Virus record (IMG/VR): IMGVR_UViG_3300032312_001422 | Span: 1-64,000 of that record | Length of the DNA stretch: 64,000 bases | Reading direction: 5' to 3' (one strand) | Source of the DNA: a virus | Taxonomy: Duplodnaviria > Caudoviricetes | Part shown: piece after piece, positions 20,002 to 30,086 of the stretch | Position numbering within the stretch: position 1 is the stretch's first letter | How the letters are laid out: each line of letters starts with the position of its first letter | Notes under the pieces: generated by a model | The model's input: only the letters and a program-made list of their open reading frames with translations | Told to the model about the DNA's origin: nothing | The model's database searches: none | Made by a program: the position numbers and the translations under genes

Positions 20002-20247
20002 ATGATAACAGTATATTCCAAAAACAACTGCCCGTATTGCGTTCAAGCAAAAAACTTATTACAGTTAAAAGGTGTTGCGTTTGAAGAAGTAAAAATCGAC
20101 GAAGATTCAGAAGCACGTGAATTTGTTTTGGGCGAAGGACATCGCACAGTTCCGCAAATTTATCAGGATGGTAAACTGTTGGTAGAGGGCGGATTTCAAG
20201 GTTTAAAAAAACAAAACGAAGAGTTTTTCAATCAATTAAAAGGTTAA
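20002..20247 (+). CDS. grxC: Glutaredoxin
   Basis: CPYC, TVPQI, GGF; located after nrdAB. Confidence 0.9.
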   Translation: MITVYSKNNCPYCVQAKNLLQLKGVAFEEVKIDEDSEAREFVLGEGHRTVPQIYQDGKLLVEGGFQGLKKQNEEFFNQLKG

Positions 20248-20248
20248 T

Positions 20249-20560
20249 ATGTTAATTCAAAAAGGATACGACACCGGTAGTATCGTGTGTTTCAAACTGG
20301 TCAATGGCGACGAAACCATTGCCAAATTAGTAGAAGAAACTGACACAGCATTTGTGGTCAGCAAACCCTGCACCGTGGTACCTAGTCCACAGGGTTTGGG
20401 ACTCATGCAAAGCCTGTTTTCTGCGGATATAAATACTAATATAACGCTGAACAAAACTCATGTAATTATGCATAGTCCGGTAGTAGATAAGTTAGAAGCA
20501 CACTATATCCAAACTACCACAGGTATTCAGCCAGTTACCAAAGGTGGGATTATAACTTAA
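20249..20560 (+). CDS. Small beta-barrel protein, possibly Sm-like fold
   Basis: FKLVNGDETIAKL resembles the Sm1 motif. Confidence 0.4.
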   Translation: MLIQKGYDTGSIVCFKLVNGDETIAKLVEETDTAFVVSKPCTVVPSPQGLGLMQSLFSADINTNITLNKTHVIMHSPVVDKLEAHYIQTTTGIQPVTKGGIIT

Positions 20561-20890
20561 ATGCCAGTACCAATTGCTTGTGTAGGAATTCCGGCAAGTG
20601 TCAACGGATTCCCACCACCGCCCGGGGTTATAGCCATTGGAGCCTCTACTGTAAGAGTAGGCCCAAACGGATTACCTGTGGCCACATTTGGATCACAGGT
20701 TACTTACCACGGCAATCCCGACAATCCTAAAGCACCTGGGTTTAATCCCGAATGTGCTGAAGCCTTTGTAGCAGACAGTATCCCTAATATTATAGTAGAA
20801 GGCAAACCTGTTGCCATGCTTGGCGCTGCCTGTTCGTGTGGTCAACATTTTGTCACCGAAGGTATACCTAACGTATACGTAGGTACTTAA
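20561..20890 (+). CDS. PAAR spike-tip protein (gp5.4-like)
   Basis: Three PAAR-like repeats (PIACVG, PVATFG, PVAMLG); His and CSCGQH Zn ligands. Confidence 0.85.
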   Translation: MPVPIACVGIPASVNGFPPPPGVIAIGASTVRVGPNGLPVATFGSQVTYHGNPDNPKAPGFNPECAEAFVADSIPNIIVEGKPVAMLGAACSCGQHFVTEGIPNVYVGT

Positions 20891-20893
20891 CGC

Positions 20894-22894
20894 ATGGCCA
20901 CCGCAGTCGCATTAAATGCTACCAGTAGCATTTTTAACAGTACAGGACTTGGTACCAGCCCAGCCTTGCTGGCCAACATAGCAACCTACCGTGCCAAACC
21001 AGCACTGGCATCATTTGCCAACTGTTATGTCAGCTCAGGCATATCACCCAGTCAAACTGCTAACATCATTGCAGAATTAAATACCATTGGTAATACAATC
21101 ACGTCAGGTCATTTTCTACTAGATCTATATCCTGGAAACATAACTGCTGTCAGTAGTGCCACTATCACAGCATGGACAGTCAATCTTGCAGTACCAACTG
21201 GCAGTTTTATATCACACCTAGGCAAAATTTATACCACCACTGGCAATGTGTTCAGCTCATCTTTCAATGGCAATGTGATCAACAACTGCACACTCACCGG
21301 CGTCAGTGGCATTGTTAAAAAACAAGCTGAATTGCCATTTGCTTCAGGTTATTCAGGATTTGCCAACATATATCAACGCAGTCAAGGATACCTACAACAA
21401 ACATTTGATACTGTAAGTTCTATCGCAATGTTGACAGCTAAAACTTACAACCAAACGGGTGTAGGCTTTGCTAGTCCTGTTGATTTAGTGACCAATGGAA
21501 TTGGTACCAATGCTAGACTCATTGCCAATGTTGTAGCCAATTGGGGCACTATGTATGACATCAACAACATTACACAGATTGGTGATCCTTATGTGTTTGG
21601 TCAAAACATATTGAATCAAAATTTGGGTTATCTAAATGCGTTGTCAGATCAATTGACTGCGGTGGGTTTAGATATTACCAACCTGCCCGACGTGCCGGCT
21701 GTTAAAACCACCATTGTACAAGAAGAAGTAATGACCACAATTTCCTCGTTTGCGGGTGAAATAGAATTTCCAACTCTTAAAGAAACAGTAATAACAGAAG
21801 CTGTCACTGGTAATAGTCCCACTGTAGTGTTGAATATTTATAAAACCGTGACTGGCGGTAATTTGGCCGCAGTGGTCACAGCAACCGGTATAACAACCAG
21901 CATAAGTAGTTCTGACCAATTATTAACATTGGCAGATTATCTTGATCTTAAAAAAGTCACATCAGCAGACTTGTATACCGCATTAAACAATCTGGGAATA
22001 TATACATTTGCAGAGTTTGGTCAGTACATTGGAAAAAAACTTGGTCAAGCTAGATTTAGGACTTGGGCAGAAATGAGTGCATTTTTGCTAACTTTAGAAA
22101 CTCCAACTTTATCATACTTGCCCACCGGTGCCAATACCAACATATTGTACAACAACACTATTACAACATTGACCAATACGTTTGGCACTGGATCGGGTCC
22201 ACTGGGCAATCCTGTGATGATTGATTACTTGGGAGCCTGTGCTGGAGATCCCTACACCAATAGATTTTATGCTATAAATTCTAATTATGACGCTTTGGCT
22301 GTGAACATTGTCGCACCCTTGGCCAACCTAAATCAAGCCATTGTTGATTACAGCAATGCCTACAATGCATATCTGGCCAGCGAAATACCTGACTCAGCGG
22401 TACCACCTGATCCTCCTGCGGGCGATGGTGTACCACCGGACCCCGGTTTGTTGTTACCATTTTCTATTATTACATCAAATGTGGCTGCAGTGAATTCTGC
22501 TTTGAGCTCGTTGCCCAACGTTGATTCAGTAGCAGTTTGTAATTCTGGCTGGTATCTGATGCTGAGTCGCATACCAATCGAAGTAGCCAATTTGAATCGT
22601 GCCGGCGTGGCATTTGTTGCAGGCACCACCCTGGGACTGTTGAGCTTTGCTGAAACCATTGGACAGACAGCCAGTGATAAAACTCAAGCAGAAGGATATC
22701 AGTTTTTTGCCAATATCACAACCAATGATGCTGCCGGCGACTCAATCAGGGCTGTGGTCGCTGAAACTCTTAACACTCGTGCCCTAAATGGAGTGGGTGT
22801 AAATATCTACAACAATCCCGATCCCAGACTCAAAATCTACCAAAGTCAGGCTCAAAACACACCATTAACTACATACTTATCCCAGAATAAGTAG
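20894..22894 (+). CDS. Baseplate/tail-associated protein
   Basis: Large Asn/Thr/Ala-rich ORF immediately after PAAR. Confidence 0.5.
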   Translation: MATAVALNATSSIFNSTGLGTSPALLANIATYRAKPALASFANCYVSSGISPSQTANIIAELNTIGNTITSGHFLLDLYPGNITAVSSATITAWTVNLAVPTGSFISHLGKIYTTTGNVFSSSFNGNVINNCTLTGVSGIVKKQAELPFASGYSGFANIYQRSQGYLQQTFDTVSSIAMLTAKTYNQTGVGFASPVDLVTNGIGTNARLIANVVANWGTMYDINNITQIGDPYVFGQNILNQNLGYLNALSDQLTAVGLDITNLPDVPAVKTTIVQEEVMTTISSFAGEIEFPTLKETVITEAVTGNSPTVVLNIYKTVTGGNLAAVVTATGITTSISSSDQLLTLADYLDLKKVTSADLYTALNNLGIYTFAEFGQYIGKKLGQARFRTWAEMSAFLLTLETPTLSYLPTGANTNILYNNTITTLTNTFGTGSGPLGNPVMIDYLGACAGDPYTNRFYAINSNYDALAVNIVAPLANLNQAIVDYSNAYNAYLASEIPDSAVPPDPPAGDGVPPDPGLLLPFSIITSNVAAVNSALSSLPNVDSVAVCNSGWYLMLSRIPIEVANLNRAGVAFVAGTTLGLLSFAETIGQTASDKTQAEGYQFFANITTNDAAGDSIRAVVAETLNTRALNGVGVNIYNNPDPRLKIYQSQAQNTPLTTYLSQNK

Positions 22895-22933
22895 GGTTTT
22901 AACTACGTTTTTTGCCGTTGGGCAATACTTACC

Positions 22934-22962
22934 TTGACTTTGCGTCACTTATATAGTATTAT
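22934..22962 (+). promoter_or_regulatory. sigma70-type promoter
   Basis: TTGACT-17-TATTAT; TAAATA also at about 22982. Confidence 0.65.
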
Positions 22963-23018
22963 TACTATTGTTTTCGATACTTAAATAGAACTACGAAGTC
23001 CAAAAAAGGAGGAATTTT

Positions 23019-23603
23019 ATGATCGCAATTTTGGATAAGATTAAACACCTTGATGTTGTTCAACTAGTAAAAACATCAATGCGTTTAATTTGCTTTATGG
23101 TTTTGGTTGCTGTGGTTGTTGCAGTGACTGATACTAAATTACAAACTCTCAAAGTAAACAACGAAGTTTATCGTCAGGGATTTGTAAGTGCCACCGAACG
23201 AACCAAGCAACTGGAATGCATGACTCGTAACATTTATCACGAAGCTGCAACAGAACCATTTGAAGGCAAAGTGGCCGTGGCCCAGGTCACCATGAATCGA
23301 CTGGAAGATAGTCGAGGTCGCTTTGGTCGTGATGTGTGTAGTGTAGTATATCAAAAAAATATAATCTATGAAAAAGTTGTTTGCCAATTCAGTTGGACCT
23401 GCGATGGTGTCAGTCGAGTCAAGCCCATTTATGCGGCACACTATCGTGAAAGCGAAGAAGTGGCCAAAAAAGTCCTTTTGGAAAACTTTCGTTTGCCCAG
23501 CATGAAGGATGCCATGTATTATCATGCTGATTATGTAAACCCACGTTGGGGTAAACCACAGGTGGCCAAAATTGGTCGTCATATTTTTTATAGAGAAAAC
23601 TGA
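23019..23603 (+). CDS. Cell wall hydrolase, SleB/Hydrolase_2 family, with N-terminal TM anchor
   Basis: NIYHEA..EPFEGKVAVAQV.MNR, CQFSW, YYHADYV.P.W, IG.HIFY. Confidence 0.9.
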   Translation: MIAILDKIKHLDVVQLVKTSMRLICFMVLVAVVVAVTDTKLQTLKVNNEVYRQGFVSATERTKQLECMTRNIYHEAATEPFEGKVAVAQVTMNRLEDSRGRFGRDVCSVVYQKNIIYEKVVCQFSWTCDGVSRVKPIYAAHYRESEEVAKKVLLENFRLPSMKDAMYYHADYVNPRWGKPQVAKIGRHIFYREN

Positions 23604-23917
23604 TGAAATTTGATATCAACAACTTTAAACCTGCTATAAGTAAATTTTTTAGTCAACACTTTGGTCAGCTCAGTGCTGACACTCTGGGTTGGTTAGCACC
23701 CATAGTAATTCATTGTGCTACTATTCCGACCTTGTTGGCACTCTTGACTGGATTGAGTGACCGTACTCCGCCCATTGACATAGTATTGTTTATGTGGGCT
23801 GGATTGGTATTGCTGTTTGGACGTGCTGTTATTCTCAAAGACATGTTCAATATTATTACCATTGGTGCTGGATTTATCGTGCAAGCAACCATAATGGCTT
23901 TGATCCTATTCAAATAA
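23603..23917 (+). CDS. Membrane protein with three TM helices
   Basis: Three hydrophobic segments. Confidence 0.7.
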   Translation: MKFDINNFKPAISKFFSQHFGQLSADTLGWLAPIVIHCATIPTLLALLTGLSDRTPPIDIVLFMWAGLVLLFGRAVILKDMFNIITIGAGFIVQATIMALILFK

Positions 23918-24523
23918 ATGTTTTTTCTAGCTCTTGAGCGTTTAAAGTCCTTGGCCGTTAAACATCGCGGTCGGACTTTTACGCCCAAACAATTCACACA
24001 TCTGATTCGCATGCAGTTTTGTGACCCACAATTACGATTTACCTGTGTACGTGATCCAGATCTAACCAGCAAGAATTTTACCATCCTGGGCGAATATCGC
24101 CCACACGAGGACAGTCAAGGTGAACCCTGTGTTTATATCACCCTAAACTTTAGTCCACGTTGTCGCCAAGTGACATTTAAAAACTACGACTGGGCAGCAA
24201 TGAGCTTTCATTTGGCAGATGTCATCACACATGAATACTTGCATCAGTATTATTGTCGACGTCGTGGATTTAAACACGGACATGGATACAGGGACCGACT
24301 TAATTCTAGATATGACGAAACCATGCAAGATTATCTAGGATGCGAAGATGAAATACAAGCTCATGCTTTTAATGTTGCTAGTGAAATGGTAGTTTATAAA
24401 CAGCACATGGTTCTAACAAAAGTATATCGCATGTATAACCGATACTTTAGACGAGATCGTAAAGTTATGCTAAAACTAGAAAAACAAACAAATAAGTATA
24501 TTAAACGACTGGAGCTATCATGA
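23918..24523 (+). CDS. Zincin-like metallopeptidase
   Basis: THEYLH (HExxH) plus downstream EDEIQAHA. Confidence 0.65.
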   Translation: MFFLALERLKSLAVKHRGRTFTPKQFTHLIRMQFCDPQLRFTCVRDPDLTSKNFTILGEYRPHEDSQGEPCVYITLNFSPRCRQVTFKNYDWAAMSFHLADVITHEYLHQYYCRRRGFKHGHGYRDRLNSRYDETMQDYLGCEDEIQAHAFNVASEMVVYKQHMVLTKVYRMYNRYFRRDRKVMLKLEKQTNKYIKRLELS

Positions 24524-24735
24524 CTAAGTTATCAGAAGAATTAGCAATCGAAGATGGTTTATATGACACAGAAATCGAAGACGATGACTATGGTATTATA
24601 CTTGGACCCAATGGCGAATTGAAAAGTGTGTTTTTACCCGACAATATGCCGTTTGAAGTTCCAGAAAAATTGGCCAAAATATTTGCAATATTGGGCTATA
24701 CAGATCCGGACCAACTGTCCAATACCCTGCACTAG
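24520..24735 (+). CDS. Small acidic hypothetical protein
   Basis: ATGA overlap; GGAG SD. Confidence 0.65.
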   Translation: MTKLSEELAIEDGLYDTEIEDDDYGIILGPNGELKSVFLPDNMPFEVPEKLAKIFAILGYTDPDQLSNTLH

Positions 24736-24764
24736 TTGACCTAAAATTTGTAATATTGTATAAT
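24736..24764 (+). promoter_or_regulatory. sigma70-type early promoter
   Basis: TTGACC-17-TATAAT. Confidence 0.8.
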
Positions 24765-24773
24765 TACTATATT

Positions 24774-24920
24774 ATGAAGAATCAGCAACAAACTCCAAGA
24801 AAAACACGCATTCACAATGTGTTGTTTTTTCGCGACACCCCGTTCCGCCCCCAGCGTGTGGAGCTCAAAACCCGCTATAAACGCACACAAAAACACCCCC
24901 AAAAAATGGTAGACCAATAA
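24774..24920 (+). CDS. Small basic protein (48 aa, not in ORF track)
   Basis: MKNQQQTPRKTRIHNVLFFRDTPFRPQRVELKTRYKRTQKHPQKMVDQ, directly after a promoter. Confidence 0.6.
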   Translation: MKNQQQTPRKTRIHNVLFFRDTPFRPQRVELKTRYKRTQKHPQKMVDQ

Positions 24921-24967
24921 TTCCCAAAATAGTATAATACTTGTATAGTAACTAATAAGGAGCAAAA
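24910..24967 (+). promoter_or_regulatory. Early promoter/RBS cassette
   Basis: TAGACC-17-TATAAT, then TGTATAGT and AATAAGGAGCAA before ATG. Confidence 0.75.
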
Positions 24968-25384
24968 ATGAGCAAACAAATTTATTTCGCAGGTGTTAGC
25001 CGTGTAGCAGGTGAACTAAAGTTCCGTACTGCTGCCAGTCCAGCTCGTTTCCAACAGTTGGGCAAACTGGGTGACACAGACGTGGAAATGGTCAACGTCA
25101 ATTGTGCGACCAAATCACAGGCCGCCAAAGAACTGTTGAGCCGTAATTTTGCCAATGGCCGTGCAGATATTGAAGCCTTATTGGTTTCCGTTGCAAACGA
25201 CGACAATCCGTTTAAAGCACCCAAGAAGCCAGCCAAGCCACGTACAGTCAAAGTTACCAAGCCACGTCTTATCATTGGCTCTACATCGGTTGGTGCAGAT
25301 GATGCTCCATACACTCCCAAACAGGCGGCCAAAATCCGTGCCGAGTTTATGAAGAAGCTCAAAGTGGCATACGAGGCCAACTAA
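24968..25384 (+). CDS. Early hypothetical protein, Lys/Pro/Ala-rich linker
   Basis: Strong SD and promoter. Confidence 0.75.
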   Translation: MSKQIYFAGVSRVAGELKFRTAASPARFQQLGKLGDTDVEMVNVNCATKSQAAKELLSRNFANGRADIEALLVSVANDDNPFKAPKKPAKPRTVKVTKPRLIIGSTSVGADDAPYTPKQAAKIRAEFMKKLKVAYEAN

Positions 25385-25385
25385 G

Positions 25386-25625
25386 ATGCCACACGTTCCA
25401 CAAGAACTTCGTACCCAATCGTTTATTGCCGGCTTTAATGATGTGTATATGACTGTGCAAGCAAATCCTGAAATGCGTATGATTCCGATCAGTCAGTTAG
25501 AAACAGTTCGACGTGGATTACGTCAGTTGGGATATCGTTTTCGCATAGTGTATCGCGGCCCACATCGTAGACATCGTAGCACTCTCAAATCGAATGCCCG
25601 GGCTTTTAATGTTTACTTTGATTAA
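25386..25625 (+). CDS. Small basic hypothetical protein
   Basis: Operonic ORF. Confidence 0.65.
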   Translation: MPHVPQELRTQSFIAGFNDVYMTVQANPEMRMIPISQLETVRRGLRQLGYRFRIVYRGPHRRHRSTLKSNARAFNVYFD

Positions 25626-25634
25626 GGAATAGTC

Positions 25635-25844
25635 ATGCATAGTTTATACAGCTACCTGAGTTATGAATATCGTCCCTGGGATGATGTTGAAGAAGATAAC
25701 ATCAAGACTTACCACGAATGCTACAAGCATGGTATTCGTGTCAAAATGCCAGAAGCGTTTTACTGCCACAGTCCCTACGATACCATGACGTTTGAACAAT
25801 TTGTTGGCCACGTTCAAACTGTAGAAGTGTTTGTTCAAGGTTAA
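25635..25844 (+). CDS. Hypothetical protein
   Basis: AAGGA SD. Confidence 0.6.
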   Translation: MHSLYSYLSYEYRPWDDVEEDNIKTYHECYKHGIRVKMPEAFYCHSPYDTMTFEQFVGHVQTVEVFVQG

Positions 25845-26100
25845 CGTGTATCGTAATTATATACTGGTTATTTTTGCTGTGTCCTATATTGGCCTACATG
25901 CAGTATTTGGCTATTTGCATTGCAGAGAAAATTTCTGCCCAGGTGACGCAGAACGTGATTATGTATATACAGTCAAGGACAAAGATGGCAAGATTTGGTA
26001 TATAGAAAATGGTAAACCCATTTCCGAAGCTGAGTATAAAAAAGCACATGCCAATATATTTGAATTTGTAGAAAAGGACTCTAATAATGGAAAAAAATAA
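25831..26100 (+). CDS. Membrane-anchored hypothetical protein
   Basis: N-terminal TM helix; GTG start overlapping upstream ORF. Confidence 0.55.
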   Translation: MFKVNVYRNYILVIFAVSYIGLHAVFGYLHCRENFCPGDAERDYVYTVKDKDGKIWYIENGKPISEAEYKKAHANIFEFVEKDSNNGKK

Positions 26101-26263
26101 CCCACAACCTTTGTTCAATATACGTTATACTATTGCTAAAAAAGATATTCCAGATTTTGTAAATAGTTTACATACACTACAAGAAACTTACCTGGACGCC
26201 GCAGTGGAAGCCAGCGGTTACCAAGAAGCACGGGTAGAACTGGACAGGATCATGAAACTATGA
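26087..26263 (+). CDS. Small hypothetical protein (58 aa, not in ORF track)
   Basis: MEKNNPQPLFNIRY...RIMKL; AAGGA SD; ATGA overlap with next gene. Confidence 0.6.
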   Translation: MEKNNPQPLFNIRYTIAKKDIPDFVNSLHTLQETYLDAAVEASGYQEARVELDRIMKL

Positions 26264-26544
26264 GAAATACCAAAACTATAATCAAAGGTGTGCTAGACAA
26301 TAGCATTGATGTCAAAGACCTTAGCATGGAAGAACTAGATGCTGTGGTAGACAAACTGATTGACATAGGTGAAGGTCTACTTGATACAGAAAACCACGAA
26401 GCCGGTGTTGCCATGTTGCAAGTGTTAGATCAGGTCATAGATCTGCGTAGCCATGACATGGACGAAGGATTTGAAGCGGCTATTGTGGCCGCAGAACAGC
26501 GTGGTGCAACTTACTGGGAGATTGAAAATCCAAGCGTCCACTAA
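26260..26544 (+). CDS. Acidic hypothetical protein
   Basis: Operonic ORF. Confidence 0.6.
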   Translation: MRNTKTIIKGVLDNSIDVKDLSMEELDAVVDKLIDIGEGLLDTENHEAGVAMLQVLDQVIDLRSHDMDEGFEAAIVAAEQRGATYWEIENPSVH

Positions 26545-27565
26545 ACTCAAACGCATAGGTTTCTGTTGCAAATGGCTCAATGACCCCAGCGAATGTGGCG
26601 GCATGAAGGTCAATGCAACGGATCGGGATCTTAACGGACGTAGTACCACCATGCGTTGGTTGCGTGAACATCCTGCTGAAGCTGAACAACGTCAGTGGGA
26701 CATTATGAATCACAATGCCGCAGCCGCAGTTAAATTGATAGAACGTGTGGCCACACTACCGCCCGAACGCAGAATGGTACGATTAGGTAGTGAAATGCTA
26801 CAGGGCTATACTGAAAAGGATTGGATCGACTGGTGGCAAGATAGAGCAATACAGGATCATTTGGAACGGATTTTTGCACCCATTGGTGAAACAGCACGTA
26901 GACTGGATGTACGACTCAGCTTTCACCCCGGTCAGTTTTGTGTGCTGGCAAGTGAGAATCCGGGCATTGTGGAACGAAGTATACAGGAGTTTGAATATCA
27001 TGCAGATATGGTCAGATGGATGGGATACGGTCGGACGTTTCAAGACTTCAAGATCAATGTCCACATCTCGGGTAAACGAGGTCCCGCCGGTATTCGCGAC
27101 GCACTTAAACGACTGTCGCCTGAAGCAAGAAACTGTATCACTATCGAAAACGACGAAAACTCATGGGGTGTTGACTCAAGCCTCGAGCTTGCCCAGGACT
27201 GTGCATTGGTTCTTGACATACACCACCACTGGATACGTACAGGTGAATATATACAACCCACCGATGATAGAGTTAAGGGCATAATTGATAGCTGGCGTGG
27301 TGTACGTCCGGCCATGCATTATAGTGTCAGCAGAGAAGATGTGCTGGTAGATCATCCTGCGGATTCTGCACCGGACCATGCTGTGCTGTTAGAGTCGGGC
27401 TACAAGAAACAAAAGATGCGAGCTCATAGTGACTTTTACTGGAATCAAGCAACTACAGACTGGGCTCTGACATTTTGGGACCAATTTGACATACAATGCG
27501 AATCAAAAGGCAAAAACTTAGCCAGTGCTCAGGTATATGAACGTGCAAAACAGTTGGGTTTATAA
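26453..27565 (+). CDS. uvsE: UV damage endonuclease UvsE/UvdE (true start probably near TTG 26522)
   Basis: KRIGFCCK, RLSFHPGQFCVL, INVHISG, IENDE, LDIHHHW, HYSVS, RAHSD, ESKGK. Confidence 0.92.
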   Translation: MTWTKDLKRLLWPQNSVVQLTGRLKIQASTKLKRIGFCCKWLNDPSECGGMKVNATDRDLNGRSTTMRWLREHPAEAEQRQWDIMNHNAAAAVKLIERVATLPPERRMVRLGSEMLQGYTEKDWIDWWQDRAIQDHLERIFAPIGETARRLDVRLSFHPGQFCVLASENPGIVERSIQEFEYHADMVRWMGYGRTFQDFKINVHISGKRGPAGIRDALKRLSPEARNCITIENDENSWGVDSSLELAQDCALVLDIHHHWIRTGEYIQPTDDRVKGIIDSWRGVRPAMHYSVSREDVLVDHPADSAPDHAVLLESGYKKQKMRAHSDFYWNQATTDWALTFWDQFDIQCESKGKNLASAQVYERAKQLGL

Positions 27566-27586
27566 ATACTAGTACACAGTTTAACC

Positions 27587-27611
27587 AAGCCCGCTTTATG
27601 CGGGCTTTTTT
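27587..27611 (+). terminator. Rho-independent terminator
   Basis: AAGCCCGC-TTTAT-GCGGGCTT-TTTT. Confidence 0.9.
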
Positions 27612-27647
27612 GTTTGGCCATAAATATACAATAATAAGGTTAAACTC

Positions 27648-30071
27648 ATGCCAGCTTTTGCAAACGTCTATTTAGGTGCTGCCCCAAATGATCTAACAGG
27701 TGATACGTTACGTCATGCATTCGAAATAATCAACTTAAATTTTGCTAACATTACCTCGGGTAATGCCAATATCACTGTCAACGCACCAGTAAGAACCGTG
27801 GCTGGGCGTACTGGCAACGTTACCTTGTATACCAATGATATTTTGGGTGCAGCCAGCCTGGCCAACGTTATTGCTCAAACCAATGCGGCCAATGTTTACG
27901 CCAACACTCTATACGCAACAACTACCAGCAATATCACTGCCAATGTTTATGCTCAGGTCAGTGCAAATTTATCCAGTAACATTGCCAGTATTGCCAATGC
28001 ATTAATTGTTTCTGGTAATGTGTTGGCATCAGTCAATGCCAATGTGGCTCAAACCAATGCCAACGTCACTGCTGCTAATCTACGCATACAAAATATTGAA
28101 GCAAATTTGGGCGGTGTTAATACCAGTGTAACCAGTTTGGTTTCTGCCAACATAGCTTTCAATGCCAACCTGGGCACAGCCACTACAAATATCTCAACCC
28201 TGTTGGCCAATGCGGCCACACAAGCCAGTGATATAGCAACCAACACCAACAGAGTCACAGCGGCCAATGCTAGAATAGCAACATTGGATGCCAACCTGGG
28301 CACAGCCACTACAAATATCTCAACCTTGATAGCCAATGCGGCTGTTCAATGGACCGACTTGACTTTGTTGCAGGCCAATGCGGCCACACAATCACTGTCT
28401 TTGGCAGTATTAACTGTAAATGCCGCTAGTCAAGCAGATACCTTGAATACACTTGTGGCCAATACTGTAGCACAACAAGTGACCATTGCTTCCTTGTTAA
28501 GTAATGCACAAGTTCAGGTAGCTGAATTACAATCTTTGGCAGCCAACTCGGCTACACAGGGCAGTCAGATCAATGCTATCAATGCCAACCTTGGCACAGC
28601 AACTAACAACATTGTCAGTTTGCAAAGTAATGTGGCCAGCTTGCAGGCCAATTTGGCACCAGTTGGTGCTTTACAGGCCAACGATGCTGTTCAGGCCACA
28701 CAAATACGTGCATTAGATGCCAACCTGGGATTGGCCACCACAAACATTTCTACTGGTGTAACAGAAACAAACAACCTACGTGCCAACATCACAGCATCCA
28801 ATGCGGCCATTGTTACTGCCAACACCGGTATGAAGAGCTATGTGGATTCTGTAACCACAGCGTGGACAGCCAATGCTGTGACACAGGCTGTGCAGATCAG
28901 CACTATCAATTCCAATCTTGGTGTCACTACCGCCAACATTATAACTTTGTTTGCTAATGCAGCTAGTCAAGCTGACCAATTGGATTTTTTGTTGGCCAAC
29001 ATTACACAAAATGCCATTAGTGGTAATATATATCGTGCGTTTGCCAATTCCAATGCTGTTGGACAGGCAAATTCAATACTTGGACTTCAAACCGGCCTTA
29101 GTGCATTCCAAATATACGCCAATGCCACTCTTGACAATCATACCGCTGGTATCAACACAATCAATGCTAATCTAGGTTCGTATCAAACTTATGGTAACTT
29201 AACATATTCGCCTGTGTCGAATCTTAATGCTGTTGTGGGTAATTTGATTCCGGTAACCAGCAATGCCTACAGTATTGGCAGTACCAGCAAGCAGTGGAAA
29301 GAATTATTTGTTGGCGGTAACATTCAATCTGCAAGTTTTATTCTGGCAGGAATTAGTGTACAAAGTCCGTTGATGGAAGCTGGTAACTTAACTTCCAACA
29401 CCTCATTGATTTATGCTGAAGCCATTGTGGGCAACATACGCACAGTTGACGCATTTGGTGTGGCCAACCTGGGCAATATCATAACGTCAAGTGGCGTATT
29501 CTGGGCCAATGGTACAAACTACAGCTCATCATTTACCACAGCAGGTAACCTAACATTCAGTGATACCACCATTGGTACCGCAGGCGGAACAGGATCGGGT
29601 ATTATCTTAAACTCAGCCGGTTCGGGTGAAATAGCTATACAAGATTACACAGGTATCAACAATACCAATCCAGGTTACTGGTTGCACATCGGTGATGGTA
29701 GCCCTGGCACCGGAGACAACACCGGTAACATCAGCATTGACTTTAGAAACAACACTGGCACACAGCGTGGCAGTACTATACTAGGTTATGCTTGGTGGGA
29801 CGCTGCCAGCACAGGTACAGACAATCGCGGCACAGGCGCACACACGCACTTTGGTATCTACAAAAACGATGATACCTTTGACAACAAGTTTATTGAATTT
29901 AACTACACTTCAGGCAATGCCAATGTGGGTAACATAACAGCACGTAGTTTAACAGTATTGACCAATGTGAGTTACACCATGGCCAACTATCAAAACTGGA
30001 CATCGAATGTGAGCACAGTTGGTAGTGCCCTGGATCAATTGGCTCTAAGACTCAAAGCCGCTGGCTTTTAA
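27648..30071 (+). CDS. Long tail fibre-like protein with coiled-coil repeats
   Basis: N-terminal G.APND.TGD.LR.AF..IN.NF; repeated ANLGTATTNI; C-terminal NVGSALDQLALRL type ending. Confidence 0.8.
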   Translation: MPAFANVYLGAAPNDLTGDTLRHAFEIINLNFANITSGNANITVNAPVRTVAGRTGNVTLYTNDILGAASLANVIAQTNAANVYANTLYATTTSNITANVYAQVSANLSSNIASIANALIVSGNVLASVNANVAQTNANVTAANLRIQNIEANLGGVNTSVTSLVSANIAFNANLGTATTNISTLLANAATQASDIATNTNRVTAANARIATLDANLGTATTNISTLIANAAVQWTDLTLLQANAATQSLSLAVLTVNAASQADTLNTLVANTVAQQVTIASLLSNAQVQVAELQSLAANSATQGSQINAINANLGTATNNIVSLQSNVASLQANLAPVGALQANDAVQATQIRALDANLGLATTNISTGVTETNNLRANITASNAAIVTANTGMKSYVDSVTTAWTANAVTQAVQISTINSNLGVTTANIITLFANAASQADQLDFLLANITQNAISGNIYRAFANSNAVGQANSILGLQTGLSAFQIYANATLDNHTAGINTINANLGSYQTYGNLTYSPVSNLNAVVGNLIPVTSNAYSIGSTSKQWKELFVGGNIQSASFILAGISVQSPLMEAGNLTSNTSLIYAEAIVGNIRTVDAFGVANLGNIITSSGVFWANGTNYSSSFTTAGNLTFSDTTIGTAGGTGSGIILNSAGSGEIAIQDYTGINNTNPGYWLHIGDGSPGTGDNTGNISIDFRNNTGTQRGSTILGYAWWDAASTGTDNRGTGAHTHFGIYKNDDTFDNKFIEFNYTSGNANVGNITARSLTVLTNVSYTMANYQNWTSNVSTVGSALDQLALRLKAAGF
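28165..28340 (+). repeat. Internal coding repeat (GCCAACCTGGGCACAGCCACTACAAATATCTCAACC, two copies)
   Basis: Near-identical 36-nt block at about 28165 and about 28290 encoding ANLGTATTNIST. Confidence 0.8.
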
Positions 30072-30086
30072 CCGATAAGTAAACAT

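Noticed and set aside
24741-24965. 74-aa minus-strand ORF in the track
   Set aside because: Antisense to a promoter-supported plus-strand ORF (24774-24920) and two promoters.
27561-27611. Tiny RNA from TATAAATA at the uvsE stop to the terminator
   Set aside because: The TATAAATA overlaps the stop codon and may be incidental; only about 20 nt precede the terminator stem.
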